The position numbers and the translations under genes were made by a program. A stretch of 64,000 nucleotides of DNA, from the NCBI GenBank assembly GCA_965203175.1, contig OZ241867.1:2880001-2944000 (forward strand), read 5' to 3'. Source of the DNA: Candidatus Latescibacterota bacterium (GTDB taxonomy: Bacteria > Latescibacterota > UBA2968 > UBA8231). Every line of letters begins with the position of its first letter. Position 1 is the first letter of the stretch. Shown one piece after another: positions 57,392 to 64,000 of the stretch. The notes below the pieces were generated by a model. The model was not told the origin of the DNA. It searched no databases and was given only the letters and a program-made list of their open reading frames with translations.

Positions 57392-58120
57392 ATGACCGAA
57401 CAAGAAATGCTCGCCGAGCTGAAGAATTTCGACACGCCTTCCATTACCAATGTCGTCGCCACCTATCCGGGCGACCCCTTGTGCTTGGGGCTGTACAATC
57501 CCTGGAGCGAAAACTGGTACACCGATCAGTCGCTGCGCTGCATGTATCCCGAGCTTGGCCCCACGGTCGGCTACGCGGTCACCTGCACTTACGGCCTGCC
57601 CGACCCCAGTTACAACGGCGTTAGCTTCATGGACGTTCTCGATGCCCTCGACGCCTCGCCCAAGCCAACGATCTTGGTCTTCCAGCAGAAGTTTCCGCCT
57701 GAAATCCAGGGCAAGGTCGGCTTAGCTGGTGGCAATATGACTACTGCCATGCAGGCCATTGGCTGCGTCGGCGCGATTTCCAACGGCCCCTCGCGCGACA
57801 TCGACGAGATCCGCCCGATGAAGTTCCAGTACTTGCTCAGTGGCGTCACCGCTGGTCACGGTGCCCAGGCCATTCACGCAGTCAATGTGCCGGTCTCGGT
57901 GGCTGGCATGGACGTGGCCCCTGGCGAGATCATCCACATGGACGAAAACGGCGCGGTGAAATTCCCCGCCGACAAGCTCAGCGCGGTGCTGGAAAACGTC
58001 CGCGCCCTGCAAAAACACGAGGCCGAGCGCATGGCCCAGATGCGCCAAGCCACGTCCGCGGCCGAACTGCGGGCCATTTTCGGTGGGCACTCGTACGGCG
58101 ACGAGGAAGAGGAATCGTGA
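57392..58120 (+). CDS. RraA/HMG-CHA aldolase family protein
   Basis: DTPSITN, GYAVT, G..RDIDE and PGEIIHMDENG motifs. Confidence 0.85.
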   Translation: MTEQEMLAELKNFDTPSITNVVATYPGDPLCLGLYNPWSENWYTDQSLRCMYPELGPTVGYAVTCTYGLPDPSYNGVSFMDVLDALDASPKPTILVFQQKFPPEIQGKVGLAGGNMTTAMQAIGCVGAISNGPSRDIDEIRPMKFQYLLSGVTAGHGAQAIHAVNVPVSVAGMDVAPGEIIHMDENGAVKFPADKLSAVLENVRALQKHEAERMAQMRQATSAAELRAIFGGHSYGDEEEES

Positions 58121-58132
58121 GTCGAGGTAAGA

Positions 58133-59164
58133 ATGAGTGAAGCCCGCCACAAAATCGCCTTCGCCGGTTTCCGCCACGGCCACATCTTCGACCTCTACGC
58201 ACTAGCTTGCGACTCGTCCACGCTCGAAGTGGTAGCTGCGTGCGAGGAGCACGCGGAGACGCGCGCTGAAATCTGCGCAAAGGGCACTGCCGCAATCACC
58301 CACGACCGGACCGAGCAGATGCTCGATGAGGTGGACTGCGATATCGTCGCCACTGGCACCTATTTTGCCGGTCGCGGCCCGGTGCTGATCGAAGCGCTCA
58401 CGCGCGGCAAGCACGTCATCAGCGACAAACCCCTGTGTACCAAGATGGCCGATCTCGACCGCATTGAGGCGCTGGCGCGCGAGAAAAACCTCAAGGTCGG
58501 CTGCATGTTGACTATGCGCGATGCCGCTGCGTTTATCGGCGCGCGCAACCTGATTCAAGCCGGCCGCATTGGCGAAGTCCACGCCATCGCCTTCGGCGGC
58601 CAACACCCGCTGCTCTTGGGCTCGCGGCCCGGCTGGTATTTTGAACAGGGCAAGCACGGCGGCACCATCACCGATATTGGCATCCACGCCATCGACGCTT
58701 TGCCTTGGGTCACAGGCCGCCAGTGGGCGAAAATCAACGCCGCGCGCTGCTGGCGGGCCTTTGTTCCTCAAGACCTTCACATGCAGGATGCCGGGCAGAT
58801 GATGCTGGAGATGGACAACGGCTGCGGGGTCTTGGGCGATGTGTCGTACTTTGCACCTGATAGGGCGGGATATAGGATGCCCTACTACTGGCGGACTACG
58901 TTTTGGGGGCGGGATGGAGTAATCGAGACTTCGACTACGGCCAAGGACATTCAGGTGCTCGGCAGGGAAGATGACACCGTGCAGATCGAGCCGCTACCCC
59001 CGGCTCAACGGGGCGGCTACCTGCGCTCCTTCCTCGACGACATCGCCGGCGAAGTCCCCGCCAACGGCCTCGACACCGCTGCGGTACTGCGCTCGACGCG
59101 CAACGTCATTCGCATTCAGGAGGCGGCCGACAGGGGGGAGCGTGAAGTTGGGTTCAGTAGCTGA
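58133..59164 (+). CDS. Gfo/Idh/MocA family oxidoreductase
   Basis: GFRHGH, GKHVISDKP and GG.ITDIGIHAID motifs. Confidence 0.85.
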   Translation: MSEARHKIAFAGFRHGHIFDLYALACDSSTLEVVAACEEHAETRAEICAKGTAAITHDRTEQMLDEVDCDIVATGTYFAGRGPVLIEALTRGKHVISDKPLCTKMADLDRIEALAREKNLKVGCMLTMRDAAAFIGARNLIQAGRIGEVHAIAFGGQHPLLLGSRPGWYFEQGKHGGTITDIGIHAIDALPWVTGRQWAKINAARCWRAFVPQDLHMQDAGQMMLEMDNGCGVLGDVSYFAPDRAGYRMPYYWRTTFWGRDGVIETSTTAKDIQVLGREDDTVQIEPLPPAQRGGYLRSFLDDIAGEVPANGLDTAAVLRSTRNVIRIQEAADRGEREVGFSS

Positions 59165-59205
59165 CGAGGTGGGAGCGAGGGGGTTTGTGCTCCAAGCGAT
59201 GACTG

Positions 59206-59616
59206 TCAAGGCGCGTCGAGCAACGTGTAGTCGAGTTCTGCGACGTGGCGATAGTCGCTATCGAAGGTCAACAGGCACCCACGGCACTCCATCGTCGCTG
59301 CTGCGATCCACACATCGTTCATGGGGATTGGTGTACCGGCCCGGCGCAACGCCACGAAGATTTGGGCATAGTGCCGAACGGTTTCGGAAGTGACGTCCAA
59401 TACGCTGACGAAAGGCTCATTGAGGAAGTCAGTGAGGGCATGGCGATTCTCCTGCACACGACTCCCTAACTCGAATGCCGCTTCAAGCTCTCCGAGCACT
59501 GTCACCGGCATGATGACTACCGGTGCATCCGCTACATAGTCGATCACTTGAGGATGTCCGGTACGCAGGTGCGAGTACGCGCTGGTGTCGAGGACAAGTC
59601 GGTCGGTCGAGTTCAC
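59206..59616 (-). CDS. vapC: VapC/PIN-domain toxin
   Basis: VLDTSAY, LGEL, GTPIPMNDVWIAA and LTFD motifs. Confidence 0.9.
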   Translation of the reverse strand: MNSTDRLVLDTSAYSHLRTGHPQVIDYVADAPVVIMPVTVLGELEAAFELGSRVQENRHALTDFLNEPFVSVLDVTSETVRHYAQIFVALRRAGTPIPMNDVWIAAATMECRGCLLTFDSDYRHVAELDYTLLDAP

Positions 59617-59858
59617 TGCCAGTACCGCTCATCGACGACTCGCTGCGCACGTAGCGCATCGGTAAACTCCGAGAGGTCGTCGGCCGTCCAGGTGACGTAT
59701 CGGCGCAGACGGTCGCGACGCGCATCCAAGCCGACCGCGTCTTTCAGGAGGCGCAGCACGGTGCTGTTCAGGCTCTCACCGCGTTCCGCGCTGACAGCGC
59801 GAAGTCGCCGTGAGAGTTCGGGATCGACATTGCGAAGGGTAATCTGAGTAGCAGGCAT
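59613..59858 (-). CDS. FitA-like RHH antitoxin
   Basis: QITLRNVDPEL..RLR...GESLN; paralog of 45017..45289. Confidence 0.75.
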   Translation of the reverse strand: MPATQITLRNVDPELSRRLRAVSAERGESLNSTVLRLLKDAVGLDARRDRLRRYVTWTADDLSEFTDALRAQRVVDERYWQ

Positions 59859-59896
59859 GACATCATGAATCTACTGTCATGCCTGCACTGAGTCAA
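59851..59896 (-). promoter_or_regulatory. vapBC promoter with a 12-bp perfect inverted-repeat operator
   Basis: GCAGGCATGACA-N12-TGTCATGCCTGC at 59851-59886; minus strand TTGACT-N17-TAGATT. Confidence 0.7.
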
Positions 59897-59920
59897 TTCC
59901 AACAGGTGGCGTGACGGAGA

Positions 59921-59999
59921 GATAATGCGTCAGTTTGAATTTTCTTGGATGTTTTGTCTCTTTACCAAGGGATTGAAATTTTCAACCTGACGCACTACC
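59921..59999. mobile_element. 79-bp MITE-like inverted-repeat element with IS1-like termini
   Basis: GATAATGCGTCAGTTTGAA vs rc GGTAGTGCGTCAGGTTGAA (16/19); inner CTTGG/CCAAG pairing. Confidence 0.45.
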
Positions 60000-60170
60000 C
60001 TTAGACCTTAGAGGGTGCTCCCTAAAGGTCTCATGGATGGGTTGTACCCGATGCAGTCTGACCCGAACGGCCCAGGCCTCTCCACTGCACTGCCGTCGTG
60101 GCATGGATCTTGCGAATATCCGGTGCGGAGGTTTGCGCTGTTCATGCTTTAACACTGAGGAGGTCGGATC

Positions 60171-60545
60171 GTGAGTGAGCACCATCCGTCGCCAGAGCGT
60201 CCGTATCCGTTAGATCACGAGGGGCGCATCGCCCGACTAGAGGGCATTGTCGAGCAAATCGACGTGCGGCTAGGTCGCATCGAAACCAAAATCGACGCCA
60301 TTCGTGCGGAATTCGACGGTAAGATTGACGCTACCCGCGAGGCGCTTGACGGTAAGATTGACGCCACCCGTGAGGCGCTCGACGGTAAGATTGACGCTAC
60401 CCGCGAGGCACTCGACGGTAAGATTGACGCCACCCGCGAGGCACTGGAAACCAAAATTGACCGATTATACCGCTGGGTTGTACCGCTCCAGATAACGACG
60501 ATCTTGGCGATTGCCGGGCTGGCGTTCAAGGCGTTTAGCGAATAG
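60171..60545 (+). CDS. Coiled-coil repeat protein with C-terminal TM anchor (DUF1640/Bdr-like)
   Basis: RIARLEG; 11-aa repeat DGKIDATREAL; RWVV plus a hydrophobic tail; RBS gaggagg. Confidence 0.7.
   Translation: MSEHHPSPERPYPLDHEGRIARLEGIVEQIDVRLGRIETKIDAIRAEFDGKIDATREALDGKIDATREALDGKIDATREALDGKIDATREALETKIDRLYRWVVPLQITTILAIAGLAFKAFSE
60315..60446 (+). repeat. 33-bp coding tandem repeat, 4 copies
   Basis: gacggtaagattgacgc(t/c)acccg(c/t)gaggc(g/a)ct(t/c/g) x4, contiguous. Confidence 0.92.
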
Positions 60546-60604
60546 CACTGTTTAGTAAACTTGGTTCCCCATCTACTCGCACGTGAACGTCTGCGCTCCC
60601 TAGC

Positions 60605-62020
60605 TCATAAAAATAGTTCTTCCACCACCGTCCGAGCCTGTTCGACTACTGTTTCGAGGCTGCCGGGGGCGAGCTTGGCCCAGTAGGTAACGTCTTCGTT
60701 GGCCTCGTGTCCGCCTCGGGCATAGGCCGCCCGCGTCGGCAGGTAGCCGACATAGTGCGTGGTGAGGTGCGCTGGAAAGAGAAAAGGGGCTGCTGAGTTT
60801 GTTTTGAGCGCGAGTTGTCCTTCGACAAAAGGTTCTCCAGGCAGGCCGATTACGCCGAGGTCGCCGATGCGGAAAGCCTGGATCTCATAGAGGAACTCGG
60901 CGTCTCGCTGCCGGCATAGTTCGACGCTGTGGGTCGATGCGGCCCGGAACCAGTGCGGATCCACTTCGCCGTTTGCGCCGCGCGGCGGTTGCGGATTCTC
61001 AGCGAGCATTGCGTCGACCTCGCGCAAGCGCTCGGCCGGAATATCGCGCAAGGGCAGGCCGATCTTTTCCATCTTACAATCCAATGCAGCGTCGTTGGCA
61101 AACGCCATATTGTGGACGATTCGTTCGCTCATCTGGGCCAATTCGCGCCCCATCCGCTGGTGATCCGGTCGGCAATCTGGATCGAAGGGATGCCAGGGGT
61201 TGATGTTGCCGCAACAGCCGTTGACGACCAACGGCACGGCGTCGGAGCCGAATAGCTGCTGCATCTGTCGCGTCCAAGCGCCAGGCCAATCCGCTGACAC
61301 GGCCCGGTAGGTCTCGGGATGCCCGAACGCATTGACCGGGTGACAGGTGTAGTGCAGAAGAAAGGCCAGCGGCTGCATCTCCATATCTTGAACGCAGCAC
61401 ACGCCGACTTCCGGGTCCATCGGCCCTTCGAGATAGCAGACATCCGCGATCCCAAACGGCTGCTGCTCCCGTCCCAGTGGCTTGGGCATGGCGATGGTGC
61501 CGTCCCGGCGTATGCCTCGGCGATTGAAGGCCAAATCCCCTAACACGCCGCGCCCCAAACCGATGCGCACAGGTTGCAGCTTACCCGTCGCTGCGACCGC
61601 AGCCTCCACTGCGGCGGCAGCGGCCCGGTCGCCGTAGGCGCGCTCGGCCCCGCGCAGATACTCGGTCTCCTCAGTGGTCTCCAATGGGAAATCTGGGTCC
61701 AGCATAAAATAGCCAAGGCTCGGGGCGGAATGCGTTTGGGTCGCCTGGACCATGATCGCCTCTGGTGAGATACCCGTTTGCTCGCCGATGGCGGTGCGGA
61801 TTTGGTCCGTGTAGTCGCCGGTGACAATGGTGAGATCCAAGATCACCATGCAGACGCGCCGCTCGCCCGCCTCAAAGACGATGGCCTTGGCAAAGAGTGG
61901 GTCCATCACGGCTTGGGCCGGACGGTGTTCGCCAGCTCCGCTGCCCGACAGATGTGTCCCCGCCGGTGGGGTAATGTCGATCATCGCCGCTCCGGCTCTT
62001 AGTAGGTTGGTCTCGTGCAT
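60605..62020 (-). CDS. Neutral/alkaline ceramidase-like hydrolase family protein
   Basis: DITPP, DPLFAKA, ATQTHSAP, YTCHP, SADWPG, PGEPF and GYLPT motifs. Confidence 0.75.
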   Translation of the reverse strand: MHETNLLRAGAAMIDITPPAGTHLSGSGAGEHRPAQAVMDPLFAKAIVFEAGERRVCMVILDLTIVTGDYTDQIRTAIGEQTGISPEAIMVQATQTHSAPSLGYFMLDPDFPLETTEETEYLRGAERAYGDRAAAAAVEAAVAATGKLQPVRIGLGRGVLGDLAFNRRGIRRDGTIAMPKPLGREQQPFGIADVCYLEGPMDPEVGVCCVQDMEMQPLAFLLHYTCHPVNAFGHPETYRAVSADWPGAWTRQMQQLFGSDAVPLVVNGCCGNINPWHPFDPDCRPDHQRMGRELAQMSERIVHNMAFANDAALDCKMEKIGLPLRDIPAERLREVDAMLAENPQPPRGANGEVDPHWFRAASTHSVELCRQRDAEFLYEIQAFRIGDLGVIGLPGEPFVEGQLALKTNSAAPFLFPAHLTTHYVGYLPTRAAYARGGHEANEDVTYWAKLAPGSLETVVEQARTVVEELFL

Positions 62021-62040
62021 GGCTTTTCCTTTCGGCGCAG

Positions 62041-63402
62041 CTAATAGCGCAATGCGGCGTTGTCCCACCGCAGCAGCGCATCCTGTGCCCGCCATTGGGG
62101 ATGCGCTTCATCGTGGGTGGCCACGTGCTGCAACCACTCGGCGCAGCGCGCATCCAAGGGACGCATACTCATCAGCGCGCCGAGGGCGTTAAAGCGCACA
62201 AAAGGCTCGGCATCGGTCAGCGCCTCTACTACCCGCTTCTCTGCACGGTGCGCTTCCTGGCCCCATAGCGCCAGCGCCTGTAGCGCATTGTGCCGCACCC
62301 AGACATCCTCGTCGTCTAGAGCGTGCTCCATATCGGACACTAGCGCTAGGCTTTCGCGGCCCAGATCACCCGCGATGTCCGCGGCCATCGCCCGCAGCCA
62401 CGGATCGGGGTCCGCCAGCGTCTCGCGCAGTGCATCCACGGCGACGCGGCCCGACGCACTCAGTGCTACCGCCGCCATCTCGCGCTCTTGCTCGTCTCCG
62501 TGGCGCATCCGGGCGACTAAAGCCCGCGCTCCGTCAACATCTACTTGCCCACCCAGACCATAGGCTGCCTCTAGAGCCTTGTGCTCCTGGTCCGACGCTA
62601 AATCTTGGAATAGCGACGGCAGCGATGCCGTGCCACCGAGCCGTTCGGCCCCGCGGCCGCTAAACCAGTTCCACATCGTCTGCCAAGTCTTGGGCAGGCA
62701 CAACAAGCGCCCGTCGGGGAGTGCTGACCATTGGTGTGCGGTTGCAGCAAAATCGGGATTGTAGTCGGCTGCGGCCTGCCAGCTAGGCCTTTGCGGTTCA
62801 CCTCGGCGGTCGAAGACAAATTTGAGCATAATCCGCTCGGTGTCGCTCGTATTAGCTCCGGCCCGGTGCCAAGAAGAGAAATGGCAGATGGCCATCACCC
62901 CGGCGTCGCCCTCGACTCTGCATTCCAAGGTCTCCATCGCTTCAGGCCGCTGCCGATAGTACTGTGACCCAGGTACCACGGTTGTCGGCCCCAATTCTTT
63001 GGGCACTGCATGTGGGAAGTACACCAGCAACACCTTGCGCGGCCGGTGTCCATAGCGCCAGGGGCGGGTCCAGCCCCGCAGGGCCCGGGGCGTTCCGTCT
63101 TGGTGAAACCCGCCGGCTGCTTGGCCGGGTTGGGTCAGGTGGGCATGGCGGTGGCAGAGCATGTGATAATCCACACCTAAGATGCTCGTCAGCGCTCCCA
63201 CCACCTGCGGGTGAGACAATACCTGCGCCAGTGCCGGGATTTGCTCGTAGATGGCGTTGCCGGGATTTTTGCCTTGGACAAAGGCGGCGCGGGTCTGCGC
63301 GCAAACCGCTCGATGTATCTCCGCGTCGATAGCGGGGTGGAAGATGTGGTACCCCCGCGCGATAAAGGCGAGTATCTCGTCGTCGTTGAGTCGAAAGTCC
63401 AC
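62041..63402 (-). CDS. PhyH-family Fe(II)/2OG dioxygenase fused to HEAT repeats
   Basis: FHQDG, GPT.VVPGS and WHRAGAN...R motifs; C-terminal L.D.D..VR..A..AL repeats. Confidence 0.8.
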   Translation of the reverse strand: MDFRLNDDEILAFIARGYHIFHPAIDAEIHRAVCAQTRAAFVQGKNPGNAIYEQIPALAQVLSHPQVVGALTSILGVDYHMLCHRHAHLTQPGQAAGGFHQDGTPRALRGWTRPWRYGHRPRKVLLVYFPHAVPKELGPTTVVPGSQYYRQRPEAMETLECRVEGDAGVMAICHFSSWHRAGANTSDTERIMLKFVFDRRGEPQRPSWQAAADYNPDFAATAHQWSALPDGRLLCLPKTWQTMWNWFSGRGAERLGGTASLPSLFQDLASDQEHKALEAAYGLGGQVDVDGARALVARMRHGDEQEREMAAVALSASGRVAVDALRETLADPDPWLRAMAADIAGDLGRESLALVSDMEHALDDEDVWVRHNALQALALWGQEAHRAEKRVVEALTDAEPFVRFNALGALMSMRPLDARCAEWLQHVATHDEAHPQWRAQDALLRWDNAALRY

Positions 63403-63439
63403 CGGCCGTCCTCCTCGTCAGTTGTCTATGGTTGTCGCG

Positions 63440-64000
63440 CTATTCACTCTCCATCCGCGCCGCCTCTAATACGGCTTGCAAATCCTCCGTCAGCGGCGCG
63501 GTAAACTCCATCATCTCTCCGGTAGTCGGATGCGCAAAGCGCAGTTTTTTGGCGTGCAGAGCTTGGCGTTTGATCAAGCTCAGCATCCAGTTGGCTTGGC
63601 GTCGGTATTCGGGGCGAACCCCTCTGGCTTGGTCGCGGCCTCCGTACACGGGATCGCCGAAGACCGGATGGCCGATATGGGCTAGGTGTACGCGGATTTG
63701 GTGGGTGCGTCCGGTCTCTAAGCGGCATTCGACTAGGTTGGTAAAGGGAAAGCGCTCAGCGACCTTGAAGTTGGTGGCCGCGGTCCGACCGTCGGCGATT
63801 ACAGCCATCTTTTTGCGGTTCTTGGGATGGCGGCCAATCGGGGCCTCGATCCGGCCCTCGGCCTCCCGCATCCCTCCCCATACGAGGGCGAGGTAGCAGC
63901 GCTCAATCCGCCGTGCTTGCAGGCTGTGGGCGAGCCGTCGGTGGGCAGCGTCGCGCTTGGCCACTAGCAGCAAGCCGCTAGTTTCCTTGTCGAGTCGGTG
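63440..64000 (-). CDS. rluD: RluA/RluD family pseudouridine synthase (5' part lies beyond the window)
   Basis: HRLDKETSG read at the window end; TGRTHQIRVH, GDPVYG and RQALHA motifs. Confidence 0.85.
   Translation of the reverse strand, partial: HRLDKETSGLLLVAKRDAAHRRLAHSLQARRIERCYLALVWGGMREAEGRIEAPIGRHPKNRKKMAVIADGRTAATNFKVAERFPFTNLVECRLETGRTHQIRVHLAHIGHPVFGDPVYGGRDQARGVRPEYRRQANWMLSLIKRQALHAKKLRFAHPTTGEMMEFTAPLTEDLQAVLEAARMESE

Noticed and set aside
60315-60446. 33-bp repeats as a CRISPR array
   Set aside because: The units are contiguous with no spacers, in frame within a gene, and there are no cas genes.
1-64000. tRNA or rRNA genes
   Set aside because: None recognised; the intergenic gaps are short and lack cloverleaf signatures.

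Overview
GC-rich bacterial window. The secreted-protein repertoire suggests an uncultured FCB-superphylum lineage such as Latescibacterota or Poribacteria; this is inference only. From 1 to 32.5 kb lies a co-directional cluster of secreted proteins: two paralogous Asp-rich, probably outer-membrane proteins of about 1000 aa, a His-box/TPR membrane protein, a DOMON-like protein with a C-terminal SWGxIK motif, and nine proteins ending in an F(T/S)PNGDGxND FlgD-Ig/CHU_C-like domain with a terminal -(A/T)Y. Eight of the nine fall into two paralog families (A about 650 aa x4, B about 870 aa x4). They have a conserved scaffold, hypervariable loops in a discoidin/F5-8C-like domain, and signs of tandem duplication and mosaic exchange. 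A five-gene catabolic cassette is embedded in the array. From 32.5 to 44.9 kb are FG-GAP/CRTAC1 lipoproteins, GT-C glycosyltransferases and a sugar ABC transporter. From 44.9 to 53.3 kb is an accessory/defence island with VapBC, HicAB, an IS1-family element without target-site duplication beside an Abi-alpha-like fragment, and a restriction-endonuclease-like gene. From 53.3 to 64 kb are housekeeping and catabolic genes (ddl, a RluA-family synthase), a second VapBC, a MITE-like hairpin, and two internally repeated small genes. All calls come from reading motifs by eye; no searches were run.
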